A DNA stretch of 64,000 nucleotides from Candidatus Sericytochromatia bacterium (GCA_037968875.1 JBBKWI010000197.1:6748-70747), one strand, 5' to 3'; positions 1 to 10,694 are shown, counted from the first letter of the stretch. The notes: generated by a model not told the origin, from the letters alone. A program made the numbers and translations.

Positions 1-1
1 T

Positions 2-718
2 GGTTATCGCTTTCTTTTCGGCGAGCGCAGCGCTGAAGTGCTGGAAACCCGTGACGGCGGCCAGGTGATCTTAGAGTTTGAAGCCGAGTCTGATATGGAA
101 TTTATGCACTGGCTAGAAGGTTACGGTGAAATTCCCTATCCGCCTTATATCAGTTCACGGGTTTCTGAACAAAGTCGCTATCAAACCGTTTTTGCTGAAC
201 ACCAGGGCTCTGTTGCGGCCCCTACAGCAGGCTTGCACTTTAGTGAGTCTTTGATTGAAAGTCTAAAACAAAAAGGCATCGACTTTGCTTTTTTGACTTT
301 GCATGTCGGCATTGGCACCTTTACCCCCGTGCGTAGCGAAGAAATTGAATCCCACCAAATGCATGCTGAATACTATGCGCTCTCGGCAGCAACCGCTGCA
401 AAATTAAATCAGCAACGGCAAGAAGGCAAACGGATTATTGCCGTCGGCACCACAGCCACCCGCACCTTAGAAACCGTCTATAGACTGGGTGAAGGCCAAT
501 TTTGCGCCAGCGAAGGGGACACCCGTTTGTTTTTGTATCCAGGTCAAAATCTGAATGCCATTGATGGCCTGATCACCAATTTCCACTTGCCCCGCTCCAG
601 TCTCTTGATGCTGGTTTCAGCCTGGATCGGCCGTCAGAAATTGATGCAATTATATCAAACCGCTGTGGCTGAGAAATACCGTTTCTATAGCTTTGGCGAT
701 GCGATGTTTATTCACTAG
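2..718 (+). CDS. queA: S-adenosylmethionine:tRNA ribosyltransferase-isomerase, C-terminal ~240 aa (5' end is outside the window)
   Basis: ORF 38..718 is open back to the window edge. Motifs GLHFSE, TLHVGIGTF, RIIAVGTTATRTLE and the NFHLPRSSLLML tail are characteristic of QueA. TAG stop at 716-718. Confidence 0.85.
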   Translation, partial: GYRFLFGERSAEVLETRDGGQVILEFEAESDMEFMHWLEGYGEIPYPPYISSRVSEQSRYQTVFAEHQGSVAAPTAGLHFSESLIESLKQKGIDFAFLTLHVGIGTFTPVRSEEIESHQMHAEYYALSAATAAKLNQQRQEGKRIIAVGTTATRTLETVYRLGEGQFCASEGDTRLFLYPGQNLNAIDGLITNFHLPRSSLLMLVSAWIGRQKLMQLYQTAVAEKYRFYSFGDAMFIH

Positions 719-782
719 AAAAGCCACTCCCGTCTGGGCCGATTCAATCAAGAGAAGACTTAATGCTATAATTCAGCAGGAA

Positions 783-1358
783 AACAATCACATGCCAGCA
801 ATACTTCAAACTGTTTATTCAACTTTATTTGAGCCAGCGCAAATGCTCGAGCACTATACCCGTCGCCAATACTGGTGGCAAGCTGCTGTTGCTGTTTTAC
901 TAAGCGCTACCTTATGGCTATTTACCCAACTGGGCCTGGCTCACAACCAACATCTGGGCTTGAGCTTATTAATTGTCTGGGGCAGCGCTTTTATCATTTG
1001 GTGGTGGTGTAGCCTGATGCTGCATTTCTCTGCCGACCTCTTCGGGGGTAAGGGACGCTTTGCCGATACGATGACTGCTGTCGGCCTGGCAGCCTTGCCG
1101 TTGATATTTATAGCTCCCCTACAGAGCTTGCCCAATCTGATCGGAGATTTGGGTTATACCCTGAATCTACTCGGCCAAATGGGGATTGCTTTCTGGGTAT
1201 TAGCACTTTTAACCCTTGGCTTAGGCCATAGTGAAGCCTTTAGCTTAGATCGCTCGATTGGCAGTCTAATTTTGGCATTTGTTATCAATCTGGCATTTAT
1301 TTTCAGCATTGGGCTCATTTTTATGCTTCAATTAATGAATTGGGGCCTTTCCCTGTAA
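783..1358 (+). CDS. Yip1-like multi-pass membrane protein (hypothetical)
   Basis: ORF 693..1358. The first convincing start is the Met at 783 (MPAILQT...). Five to six hydrophobic helices. No catalytic motif. Confidence 0.45.
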   Translation, partial: NNHMPAILQTVYSTLFEPAQMLEHYTRRQYWWQAAVAVLLSATLWLFTQLGLAHNQHLGLSLLIVWGSAFIIWWWCSLMLHFSADLFGGKGRFADTMTAVGLAALPLIFIAPLQSLPNLIGDLGYTLNLLGQMGIAFWVLALLTLGLGHSEAFSLDRSIGSLILAFVINLAFIFSIGLIFMLQLMNWGLSL

Positions 1359-1425
1359 TGGGCGCAACACTCTAGAAAAAATAGATAGGCTATAATATCT
1401 CTATCAGATAAGCAGAGGCAGTGAT

Positions 1426-2268
1426 TTGAAAGCAAAATTCTGGGGTGTGCGCGGCTCAATGCCGACAGCCAGAGCTGAAGTAATGGGAGTCGGTGGAAAC
1501 ACTTCCTGTGTCCAGGTGATCTCTAAACAGAATGACCTGATAATTTTAGATGCCGGCACAGGAATCGCCCATTTAAGCAAAGCGCTAACCCGCCAGAAAC
1601 AGGCTCACCCCCTGCGTATTCATTTGCTACTCACCCATACCCATTGGGATCATATTCAGGGCCTGCCTTTTTTCAATTTATTAAATCACCCTGACAATCA
1701 TGTCACGATCTATGGTTGTGATAAGCCCGACAAAAGCCTGAAGTCAATTTTGCATCAGCAAATGAATTTTGAATACTTCCCTGTGGGTCTAGATGAAATT
1801 CAGGCCCAACTGGACTTTAAAATCATCGAGGCCGATTCCCAGTTTTCTATCGGTGAGATCCAGATCAGGACAGCTGCTTTCAATCACCCGGGCGGGGTTC
1901 TGGGTTATCGCATCCAGGAAGACGAGGAAGTATTGGTCTATGCCACAGATATGGAATATACCCATGAAACCCTCGATCCCCATCTGATTCAATTTGTTCA
2001 GGATGCGGATCTCTTGATCTTTGACGCCCAGTATACCCCTGACGAATATAAAGAAAAACAGGGCTGGGGCCACAGCAATTATGAATTGGCGACCCACCTG
2101 GCAAATCAGGCCAAAGTCAAACAACTCTATCTCTTCTCTCATGATCCCGATCATGACGATCTCGACCTCTATGATATCGAAAAACAAGCCCAACAAGCCT
2201 TTGCCCAGACCTATCTCGCCAAAGAAGGCGTCGAAGCCCAGGTCGGGCACCCTTTGGCACTCAAATAA
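1426..2268 (+). CDS. MBL-fold metallo-hydrolase
   Basis: HxHxDH motif (LLLTHTHWDHIQG) and downstream His/Asp ligands. The track start codon is TTG. Confidence 0.75.
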   Translation: MKAKFWGVRGSMPTARAEVMGVGGNTSCVQVISKQNDLIILDAGTGIAHLSKALTRQKQAHPLRIHLLLTHTHWDHIQGLPFFNLLNHPDNHVTIYGCDKPDKSLKSILHQQMNFEYFPVGLDEIQAQLDFKIIEADSQFSIGEIQIRTAAFNHPGGVLGYRIQEDEEVLVYATDMEYTHETLDPHLIQFVQDADLLIFDAQYTPDEYKEKQGWGHSNYELATHLANQAKVKQLYLFSHDPDHDDLDLYDIEKQAQQAFAQTYLAKEGVEAQVGHPLALK

Positions 2269-2351
2269 GTTTGATTCATTTGTGACTGCTCAGCTCAGCA
2301 GGTTACAGCCTTTTTTGATTTAATCTAAAGAAAAACCCAACCTCCTGAATC

Positions 2352-4526
2352 TTAAAGGCTACCCGAAAGACGCTGCAAAGGCGCATTGCGCAAATCCAAG
2401 ATACGTTTACCAAAGCCCTGAGGGAAATGCACGATCGCGATCGGGCGATTGCCACTGGAATAAACCTTTTCTACTGTGCCATTGCCAAACTCAGGGTGAT
2501 AAACTGGCTCGCCTTTTTGTAGATCAGCCAGCCCAGCAGAATCCGGCTCAGGCACACTGCTATCAAAGAGAGGCTCCGTATCGAGCACACTTTTTTGGAT
2601 CGCCGCATCAGGCAAATGGCCTTCGATTTCTTCCAAAAAGCGCGACATAGCCTGATAATGGGTTTGCCCATGTAAGCTACGACACTTGGCCGAACTGAGA
2701 TATAAGCGCTCCTCTGCGCGGGTCATCGCCACATACATCAGGCGGCGCTCTTCTTCAATTGGGCCATCAAGACCATCGTCTTCAGCCACAATCGAACGTT
2801 GATGCGGGAAGACGCCTTCTTCGAGGCCTGTGATAAAGACCACAGGGAACTCCAGGCCTTTGGCAGCGTGCACGGTCATCAAACGAATCAAGCGACCGCT
2901 GTCTTTGAGATGGTCGATATCTGAGATCAAAGCCAAATGCTCCAGAAAATCGCCCAGGGCAGTCTCTGTCGATTGAGGTACAAAGTCACGTGCTGCTTGA
3001 ATAAACTGCTGCACATAATGGGAACGCTCTTCGAAAGTCTCATCATCTTTTGCTAACTCAGCCTGATAGCCACTCTGCAAGTAAATATCTTGGATCAACT
3101 CAGCCAATGTGCCTGAGAAGGTTTGCAATTGCTTGAGCCAGTCAATAAGCTTACTGACCACTGGCCGCACCCGTTTGGGCAAAGCAGCCACAACCTCAGG
3201 CACCTGAACAACATCCCAGATCGAAAGCCCTTCTCGCTCAGAGGCGTGGCTTAAACTCAACTGGCTTTTGGCACCCATACCACGTTTGGGGGTGTTGAGG
3301 ATGCGTTTGAAATTGAGATTATCGAGGGGATTATAAATCACGCTCAAATAAGCCATCAGGTCTTTGATTTCTTTGCGATCATAAAAGCGAAAAGCTCCCA
3401 CCACCTGATGTGGGATATTGTTTTGCACCAGTCGCTCTTCAAATAAGCGCGACTGGGCATTGGTGCGATAAAGCACACAAATATCGCCATAGTCGAATTG
3501 CCCCAGGCTCTTTTGCTTGCGAATTTGGGCCAGCACAAAATCTGCTTCCTGGTATTCGTTTTGGGCCTGATGCAATTTCAGTTTTTCACCGGCTCCGCGC
3601 GTTGAGATCAAGATTTTTTCAAAGCGGTCACGGTTGTGCGCGATTAGCGTATTGGCGGCCTCCAAAATCGCTGAAGTCGAGCGGTAATTATGTTCTAGCT
3701 TGATCACACTTGCTCCCTGGTAATCCTGCTGAAAGCGCAAAATAATCTGGAAATCCGCATGACGAAAAGAATAAATACTTTGATCGACGTCTCCGACGGC
3801 AAATACATTTTGCTGGGGCGCACTTAACAAGCGTAAGAGCTCAAACTGCACGCTATTGGTATCTTGATATTCATCTACCAGCACATATTGAAAATGTTGC
3901 TGATAACGCTTGAGTAAATGCGGGTGGCGCTGCAGCATCTGTAGAGTGACCAAAAGAAGATCATCGAAGTCCATGGCATTATGACGAGCGATTTGTGTCT
4001 GATAACGCTCATAGACCCGTGACAATGTCATTTCATGGAACTCCAGATCTCCCTGCCGAAAAGCGGCCGGAGACAGGCCCTGGTTTTTCAGTCCGCTGAC
4101 TTGCCTGAGCATACTGCGGGGTTTGTATTGGGTTGGATCCAGCTCCATTTCACGCAAGATCTCACGCATCAGCTTTTCTTGATCCTGGGTATCGTAAATC
4201 ACAAAACGGCGGGTATAGCCCATCGCCTCGGCTTCTTGACGCAAGAGGCGTACACAAACCGAGTGAAAGGTACCTGCCCAAATACGGGAAGTATCAGCGC
4301 CGCCAATCAAATGAACCAGACGATCTTTCATTTCACGGGCCGCTTTATTGGTAAAAGTCATCACCAGAATCCGGGATGGAGAGACTTTCTCTTGCTGAAT
4401 CAGATGGGCCACACGATAGGTCAATACACGGGTTTTACCGGCTCCGGCCCCAGCTAAGACCAGCACCGGCCCCTGACCAAACTGGACGGCTGATTGCTGA
4501 TTGGGGTTGAGCTCTGCCAAACTCAT
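2352..4526 (-). CDS. uvrD: ATP-dependent DNA helicase, UvrD/PcrA family
   Basis: N-terminal Walker A (AGAGAGKTRVL), DEYQDTN, and 724 aa of full UvrD-like architecture. 4-bp overlap with the upstream gene. Confidence 0.9.
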   Translation of the reverse strand: MSLAELNPNQQSAVQFGQGPVLVLAGAGAGKTRVLTYRVAHLIQQEKVSPSRILVMTFTNKAAREMKDRLVHLIGGADTSRIWAGTFHSVCVRLLRQEAEAMGYTRRFVIYDTQDQEKLMREILREMELDPTQYKPRSMLRQVSGLKNQGLSPAAFRQGDLEFHEMTLSRVYERYQTQIARHNAMDFDDLLLVTLQMLQRHPHLLKRYQQHFQYVLVDEYQDTNSVQFELLRLLSAPQQNVFAVGDVDQSIYSFRHADFQIILRFQQDYQGASVIKLEHNYRSTSAILEAANTLIAHNRDRFEKILISTRGAGEKLKLHQAQNEYQEADFVLAQIRKQKSLGQFDYGDICVLYRTNAQSRLFEERLVQNNIPHQVVGAFRFYDRKEIKDLMAYLSVIYNPLDNLNFKRILNTPKRGMGAKSQLSLSHASEREGLSIWDVVQVPEVVAALPKRVRPVVSKLIDWLKQLQTFSGTLAELIQDIYLQSGYQAELAKDDETFEERSHYVQQFIQAARDFVPQSTETALGDFLEHLALISDIDHLKDSGRLIRLMTVHAAKGLEFPVVFITGLEEGVFPHQRSIVAEDDGLDGPIEEERRLMYVAMTRAEERLYLSSAKCRSLHGQTHYQAMSRFLEEIEGHLPDAAIQKSVLDTEPLFDSSVPEPDSAGLADLQKGEPVYHPEFGNGTVEKVYSSGNRPIAIVHFPQGFGKRILDLRNAPLQRLSGSL

Positions 4527-5365
4527 TTTTGGGCTTGCTCAAAAAACTGGTTCATTAGGTGCATTGCTTCTGTCACGCGCGGCCCCGGCCGTGAGATCAG
4601 ATCGTCGTTGATAATCAAGACTTTGTTTTGCTTCACGGCTTGTAATTGATTAAAGGGGGCTTTGTTGAGATCAACACGTTTGGAAACAGACTGCGGGATC
4701 ACCAGGACTTGCGGGTTGTGTTTGAGCAAGCTTTCAAGGGAATAATGCAAAAATGGCGTCTTGCTCTGCACAATGTTTTTACCCCCACTTTTCTGGATCA
4801 GACTGCCAATAAAACTGGATTGACTGGCGCTCATCAAGGGACGATCCCAGACCAGATAAAAAACACGGGGAGCTTGAGCAGCAGGCCATTGCTTCAATTG
4901 CTTTTGCGCCGTTTGCATTTGCTGCACACGGGCCTTAGCCTGAGTGGATTTTTGGGTGAGTTGCCCCAGAATCAGCAATTGCTGTTCGATAGCCTCTGTA
5001 TTTGGCATATTGAGAGCCAAGACTGGAATTTTTAGGCGCTTGAGTGGGCTCAAAACCTGCTTCATCTCTGACGTTGCCAGGATCAAATCGGGCTTAAGCT
5101 TAAGAATTTTTTCTAAGTTGACTTCACCAAACTTGCCGACGCGGGTTTTACTTTGCGCTGCTTTAGGGTAATTACAGTCATGGGTAACGCCAACCAGAGC
5201 CGACTCAGCTCCAATGGCATAGATCATCTCAGTCGTAGCTGGAGACAGTGAAATAATTCGCTGGGGTTGCTGAATCTTTAGGGGACGCTGCCAGAAATCT
5301 TCCAAACTCTGGGCCGGCAGCAGCCAGCTAAACAAAAATAGAAAGGCCAAAAAAAGTCGCTTCAA
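4523..5365 (-). CDS. Periplasmic substrate-binding protein, class III (BtuF/FhuD-like, cobalamin or siderophore)
   Basis: Signal peptide. Motif RIISLSPATTEMIYAIGA...VGVTHDCNYP is typical of BtuF-like binding proteins. Confidence 0.6.
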   Translation of the reverse strand: MKRLFLAFLFLFSWLLPAQSLEDFWQRPLKIQQPQRIISLSPATTEMIYAIGAESALVGVTHDCNYPKAAQSKTRVGKFGEVNLEKILKLKPDLILATSEMKQVLSPLKRLKIPVLALNMPNTEAIEQQLLILGQLTQKSTQAKARVQQMQTAQKQLKQWPAAQAPRVFYLVWDRPLMSASQSSFIGSLIQKSGGKNIVQSKTPFLHYSLESLLKHNPQVLVIPQSVSKRVDLNKAPFNQLQAVKQNKVLIINDDLISRPGPRVTEAMHLMNQFFEQAQK

Positions 5366-5468
5366 AATAATTCTCCCGGAACGTGTATATTTTAGTATAA
5401 CAAAAAAAGCGAGTCTGATCGCTTAGCTAATAAAAGGAATGCAAGTGGAGCAAATGAGTTAAGAAGCT

Positions 5469-7784
5469 CTAGAAATTACGAGCTTTGAGAACTTGTACCC
5501 GAGAGTTGCCTTTGTCTAAGACAAAAACTTCGCCATCATCACTGACAGCAATACTTTCAGGACCCCAGAAGTCCGTCGGACCTCTGCCTTTTGAACCAAA
5601 GGACTCAATAAACTCGCCCTGAGGTGAGAAAATTTGAATGCGGTGATTGAGGGTGTCAGCGACGTAGACACGGCCTTTGATATCAACAGTAATTCCGCGT
5701 GGAATACTAAACTCGCCCCCGCCAACGCCGCGCTTGCCAAAGTCCAAACGCGCAATACCCTGGCGATCCATCATTTGTACTCGCGGAATACCATAATCCA
5801 GGATGAACAAATTATCTTTGGAGTCTAAAGCAATTGCATAAGGGGTTTTAAACTCACCCGGACGTGTGCCTGGGCGACCAAATATTTTCATGACCTGACC
5901 ATTGGGATCCAGCACTTGAATGCGGCCATTTTCGGTGTCGGCGACATAGACTTCATCTTTAGAGGAGATCGCAATTCCGTAAGGGTTCGCAAACTCGCCC
6001 CGGTTTTTACCATGCGAGCCAAAAGAGCGAATAAAGCGGCCCGATTGGTCAAAAATAGCTACGCGGCTAGTGCCTGAGTCAACGACATAAATCTGCCCTT
6101 GTCGGCTCACGGTCACCGAGCAAGGAGCTTTTAGTGAATCTTGCTGGCTACCGGCACGTATCAAATACTGCCAATCACCCATTTTGTTAAAAACCTGAAT
6201 GCGCTGATTTTGAGTATCTGCAACAAAAATCAGTCCTTGATAAACAGCCAGTCCGCGCGGCTGGTAAAACTGCCCTTTGCCAGCACCGACCTGACCGATT
6301 TTATGCGAGAACTCTAATTGCAAAGAGGCTTTGTCGCCATCTGCTGATGCGGTCGAACGCGAATCAGAAGGACGTGAGGGAGCCGAACGGGCTCCCATTG
6401 AAGGCATAGCAGGTGGTTGAGGCGGCCCACCACCAGCAGGCGCATCTGATGTTGAAGAACGAATCGTGGTATTGGATGGAGCAAAATGCCCTGTTTTACG
6501 CATCGGGTTTAGAACCTGGGTGTTGTTTTCAGGAGCTACGGCCTGGGTGCGCCCAAAACTGTGTCGATCTATACCTGAGCGCGGATTACTTTGATAAGTA
6601 CTCGCAAGCTCAAGCAAACGATTCAAACGGTTTTTCAGCGAATTAATTTTTTCAGGTTTTTTGGTTGCTGCGGCATTACGCTCTGCCATATTCGTACGCA
6701 GCATCGGTCTCTTTAATGCGTCTTCCCGGTTATTATAAAGTTCATTTCGAGGAGGCTCTGGTGGCTTGGGAACAACCATCTGAGGTGTCGCAGGCCCTGT
6801 ATTTACAGGCGCATCACCTAGATTCAAACCGCAATAAGGGCAAAATTTAGCCCCCGAAAAAATCATGTTCTTTTTGTCACAAGGGCATGGAACCATACCT
6901 TCTGAGGTATCGTTAGCTCCTCCGCTGCCACTAGCACCAGACATAGTGCGCTTAATTTGGCGTAGCTCTTCAGAGATCTCACTGGCATTTTGATAACGAA
7001 AGTCCGGCAATTTCTGCAAGGCTTTCATCACGATCTTTTCCAAACGGGGATCCATATCAGCATTTACGCGAGTTGGGGGAACCGGATCTTCAGAGACAAT
7101 TTTTAAAATCGTTGCACCCAAATTACCACCATCAAAAGGCAGTTTGCTGGTATACAGCTCGTACATCATTGCACCCAAAGAGAAGATGTCCGCCCGGTGA
7201 TCCACGCCACGAGAGTCTTGCAATTGCTCTGGGGAAATATAACCCAAAGTGCCCAGCATGGTACCATCCTGGGTCATAGACATCATAGGATTGGTGGTGG
7301 ACATACGCGCAATGCCAAAATCAGTAATTTTGACGTCGCCTTTGGCTGTGATCGAAATATTATCGGGCTTGATATCCCGGTGAATAACTTTGCGCTCATG
7401 GGCATGTTGCATGCCTTCGCAGATTTGAATTAAAATATCAATTAATTCTTCATCTGAGAAGTCATGACCTTCTTCCATGTATTCCTTGAGGTTTTTACCC
7501 TCAATGAATTCCATGGCAATATAATGATTGCCGCTATCAGCGCCAAAATCATGAATTGTAACGACGTTGGGATGCGAAAGTCCACCTGCTGTTTGCGCCT
7601 CACGGTGAAAACGAGCAATAATCTCATCTGCGGCTTTAGCCAAAGAAGGATTAATTAAAAGCTCTTTTATCGCAACTGTACGATTAATTCTGACGTCCCT
7701 GGCCCGATAGACAACGCCCATGCCGCCCCGGCCAACTTCATCCAGAATTTCGTATTTCCCAAGTACTAAGCCTTTGTGTGCCAT
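5469..7784 (-). CDS. Ser/Thr protein kinase with C-terminal zinc ribbon and six NHL repeats (PknD-like, but with no TM segment)
   Basis: Hanks kinase motifs (GxGxxG, VAIK, HRDIKPDN, DFG). CPCDKK...CPYCG zinc ribbon. Repeated NHL units (G-F-PRG-VYVAD-N-RIQVF). Confidence 0.85.
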   Translation of the reverse strand: MAHKGLVLGKYEILDEVGRGGMGVVYRARDVRINRTVAIKELLINPSLAKAADEIIARFHREAQTAGGLSHPNVVTIHDFGADSGNHYIAMEFIEGKNLKEYMEEGHDFSDEELIDILIQICEGMQHAHERKVIHRDIKPDNISITAKGDVKITDFGIARMSTTNPMMSMTQDGTMLGTLGYISPEQLQDSRGVDHRADIFSLGAMMYELYTSKLPFDGGNLGATILKIVSEDPVPPTRVNADMDPRLEKIVMKALQKLPDFRYQNASEISEELRQIKRTMSGASGSGGANDTSEGMVPCPCDKKNMIFSGAKFCPYCGLNLGDAPVNTGPATPQMVVPKPPEPPRNELYNNREDALKRPMLRTNMAERNAAATKKPEKINSLKNRLNRLLELASTYQSNPRSGIDRHSFGRTQAVAPENNTQVLNPMRKTGHFAPSNTTIRSSTSDAPAGGGPPQPPAMPSMGARSAPSRPSDSRSTASADGDKASLQLEFSHKIGQVGAGKGQFYQPRGLAVYQGLIFVADTQNQRIQVFNKMGDWQYLIRAGSQQDSLKAPCSVTVSRQGQIYVVDSGTSRVAIFDQSGRFIRSFGSHGKNRGEFANPYGIAISSKDEVYVADTENGRIQVLDPNGQVMKIFGRPGTRPGEFKTPYAIALDSKDNLFILDYGIPRVQMMDRQGIARLDFGKRGVGGGEFSIPRGITVDIKGRVYVADTLNHRIQIFSPQGEFIESFGSKGRGPTDFWGPESIAVSDDGEVFVLDKGNSRVQVLKARNF

Positions 7785-7814
7785 CCTGCCGCTGCTTACT
7801 CTTGATACTTTGCT

Positions 7815-8558
7815 TTATTCGTTGTAAAGAAGGACAACTGTGATATTGTCTGTTCCGCCATTTTCATTGGCTAAATCAACCAGTTTCTGGCAGGCAACTT
7901 CAGGAGTGTTTTCATTGAGCATCTCTTCCATTTCTTTATCAGACACCATGTTTGATAAACCATCAGAGCACATCAAAACTTTGTCACCCGGTTGAAGCAC
8001 CAACTCCACTGTATCTGGCTCTACATTTGCCTGCATCCCGAGGCAACGTGTAATCACGTTTTTATATGGATGCACCTGAGCTTCTTCTTCAGAAATCGCT
8101 CCGGCCTTCACCAGTTGTTGAACAACTGAGTGATCTTCGGTAATCTGGGAGATTTGCTTTTCGCGTGTTAAATAGGTCCGGCTATCGCCGATATGCCCAA
8201 CAAATAGGCTACCCTTATTTGCAACAGCAACAATTGCAGTTGTCCCCATACCCTGGAGATGTTGATTACTCAGAGAAGCTAAAAGAATCTGTTCATTTGC
8301 TTCTTGGAGAGCGTAACGAATCAGTTCTTCAACGGACATACCGTTTTCCGTCTCGTCTTCAACATCATCTTGAGAAAAATCATAGTTCGAAAGAATTTCG
8401 GTAATGGTTTTAACCGCAATCCGACTGGCTTGATCGCCTGCCGCATGACCGCCCATACCATCTGCTACGATGTAAACTTGTTTGTCTTCCAGTAAATGGA
8501 AGCTGTCCTGGTTTATACTTCGGACTTTTCCTGTATCAGTTAAGCCAGCCGCGCGCAC
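7815..8558 (-). CDS. PP2C-family Ser/Thr protein phosphatase
   Basis: DTGKVRSINQD, ADGMGGH and DGLSNMV motifs. Sits directly upstream of the kinase on the same strand. Confidence 0.85.
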   Translation of the reverse strand: MRAAGLTDTGKVRSINQDSFHLLEDKQVYIVADGMGGHAAGDQASRIAVKTITEILSNYDFSQDDVEDETENGMSVEELIRYALQEANEQILLASLSNQHLQGMGTTAIVAVANKGSLFVGHIGDSRTYLTREKQISQITEDHSVVQQLVKAGAISEEEAQVHPYKNVITRCLGMQANVEPDTVELVLQPGDKVLMCSDGLSNMVSDKEMEEMLNENTPEVACQKLVDLANENGGTDNITVVLLYNE

Positions 8559-8685
8559 GATGATTCCTCACAGCTCTCTAGAAAATTTTGGTCAATCGAA
8601 ACGGACTCTAGCCCTTTAGACTGGAGTACTGACTGATTAAACAGCATTATATCACAAGCCCCTTGTAAGACAGAGTCACGCTTGA

Positions 8686-9486
8686 TCATAAGAAGCTCTT
8701 TAGATAAGCTTGTAAAGCTTGCCACTCGGATGATGTCAATTGAGCAACCTGAGCACTGAAGCCATTTTGCTCGGCACTGGCCATCACCATTTTAGAGAAA
8801 TCCGCAACACTCGACTGTGCTGCGTTTTCTGCATTACTTAAAAAAGTCAGGGCACGTGAAGTGTCATAAATAAACGGTTTCCAGCGATTTGCATTAGAAC
8901 TTTGATCTTTTTCTAATTTCTGAGTTGCTTTGGCAACCTTTTCACGTTTTGGCTTGGATTCAGCTACCAATTTGGCAATTGCCACATTAACAGGAATCAG
9001 CCGTTTTTTGGCTTTTAAAGCCTGGGCTACATTATATTCTTCTTGAAGCTGCGCCATTTCTTCGGCAGAAACTGCCGGGAAATTGCCAGGCGCCAAACTG
9101 CGAATATAATTGATCAGGGCGACCCGATCGGTGGCAGGCAATTGCTTGTAAGAGTTCATGCCTGTGGCACCGCCATTGACGCCTTCTTCGAGGGTTTTGT
9201 ACATCCCTGCAAAATTGCGGCCGTTAACCCAATTTTGATCTTGATGAAGATTACGAGGCTTGGGGTTAAGGGCAGCAGCTGCCGCTCCGTCACCTTTGCC
9301 GGTAGCACCATGACAAGCGGCACATTGAGAGAAGAGTTCCTCTCCCTTTTTGAGCATCTCATCATTGGGTTGCACTTGCTGCACTAACTCCGGGCCGCTT
9401 TGCGCTTCTGCCTGGCTACCGCCATAAGAGACGGCGCCGACAGTACAAGCTAGCGCAACCAGAGTCAATTGATGTTTAATTTTCAT
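8686..9486 (-). CDS. Mono-haem c-type cytochrome, secreted
   Basis: Signal peptide and a single CAACH haem-binding motif. Immediately downstream of the ACIII genes. Confidence 0.7.
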   Translation of the reverse strand: MKIKHQLTLVALACTVGAVSYGGSQAEAQSGPELVQQVQPNDEMLKKGEELFSQCAACHGATGKGDGAAAAALNPKPRNLHQDQNWVNGRNFAGMYKTLEEGVNGGATGMNSYKQLPATDRVALINYIRSLAPGNFPAVSAEEMAQLQEEYNVAQALKAKKRLIPVNVAIAKLVAESKPKREKVAKATQKLEKDQSSNANRWKPFIYDTSRALTFLSNAENAAQSSVADFSKMVMASAEQNGFSAQVAQLTSSEWQALQAYLKSFL

Positions 9487-9494
9487 AATCGCTC

Positions 9495-10694
9495 CTATAG
9501 CCGGAAATTCAGTCCGCGCTGTAATTTGGGGTCGCCAACAGGCACCAGGTTTTTACCTTTAGCTTGCTGTTGGAACAAGACAATCAAGAATCCAGCTGCA
9601 ATGGCTACTGCAGCAACTTCAGCCAGACCAAAAGTAGGACCATGTGAATGGGCTTGAGGATGGTGTCCATAAGCAGGCATCACGATCCAATACAGGTCAA
9701 ACATATGAGCAAAGATAATCCACAAAGACATGAATAACATGCGGTTGGGATTGGTTTTATTGCGACGTTGAATCAAGCCAAACAAAGGGATTATGAAGTG
9801 AATCACAATTAAAGCTAAGGTGATTACATCCCAGCCGTTTTCCCAGCGATGCAGAAACCAGGGGGTTTCTTCAGGCAGGTTGGCGTACCAGATCAGCATG
9901 CCCTGAGAGAAAGCTGTATACGTCCAGAAAACGCAACCAGCAAACATGCCAAAGCCCAAGCTGTAATAGTGATGACCACTAATACCTTTGCCCATGTAAC
10001 CATTTTCATTCAACATGATCGTAGCAATTGAAACTACTCCCAGAGAAGCGACCAATGAACCAGCAAAGAAGTTCACACCAAACATGGTTGAGAACCAGTG
10101 CGGCTCTAAACTCATCAGAAAGTCAATTGACAATGCTGTGAGCGTTAAACCGAAGATAGGGATAAAAATCGCTGACAATTTGATATTTTTACTGGTCAGG
10201 GTCTGATCAGCCGTCTGATCTTGTTTAAATGAATTGCCCGTAAAGAGCTTATAAAATAAGATCCAAACCAACAGAATCACGACCAAACGAACCAGGAAAA
10301 AAGGCTGATTCAAATAAGCTGCTTTGCGCAGCAAAATGGGGTCATCCCCCATATTGGTCCACTCATAAAGATGAGAAAACCACATGCCCAGAACAGGCGG
10401 AATCGCAAACAAGGGTAAAAATAGAACACTCGAAGCGACCAATTCAAATACCCGTCGAATCGGTGTAGACCACACCGCTCCAGCAATGTATTCAATGGCT
10501 ACCATAAACAAAGCACAAATCCCGACACCTGCTACAAACATAAATAGCATGATGCTCACATATTGCGAACGAATCGGATCCATAGCAAAGGCAGCCGCTC
10601 CCAAAATCAGCCCAACGACCAGCATAATCCAGCCCGTTGAGGCAACGCTTCCGGGAAGGTCACGTTTTTTGTAGGTTACAGCGTGTGTACTCAT
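9495..10694 (-). CDS. actF: Alternative complex III subunit ActF (NrfD-like quinol-interacting membrane subunit)
   Basis: About 10 TM helices in a NrfD/PsrC-like fold. Position after actD/E in the operon. 4-bp overlap with the upstream gene. Confidence 0.6.
   Translation of the reverse strand: MSTHAVTYKKRDLPGSVASTGWIMLVVGLILGAAAFAMDPIRSQYVSIMLFMFVAGVGICALFMVAIEYIAGAVWSTPIRRVFELVASSVLFLPLFAIPPVLGMWFSHLYEWTNMGDDPILLRKAAYLNQPFFLVRLVVILLVWILFYKLFTGNSFKQDQTADQTLTSKNIKLSAIFIPIFGLTLTALSIDFLMSLEPHWFSTMFGVNFFAGSLVASLGVVSIATIMLNENGYMGKGISGHHYYSLGFGMFAGCVFWTYTAFSQGMLIWYANLPEETPWFLHRWENGWDVITLALIVIHFIIPLFGLIQRRNKTNPNRMLFMSLWIIFAHMFDLYWIVMPAYGHHPQAHSHGPTFGLAEVAAVAIAAGFLIVLFQQQAKGKNLVPVGDPKLQRGLNFRL

Noticed and set aside
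2269-2351. Weak hairpin plus a T6 tract between the convergent MBL-hydrolase gene and the UvrD/PcrA helicase gene
   Set aside because: The stem is imperfect (ctgct/agcag) with a large loop. Confidence is too low to call a terminator.
4035-4457. 140-aa and 73-aa plus-strand ORFs inside the uvrD/pcrA gene
   Set aside because: They are fully embedded antisense to a well-supported helicase CDS, with no RBS and no domain features.
5366-5468. Possible cobalamin riboswitch upstream of the BtuF-like binding-protein gene
   Set aside because: The leader is only about 100 nt, too short for a B12 riboswitch, and I saw no conserved B12-box.
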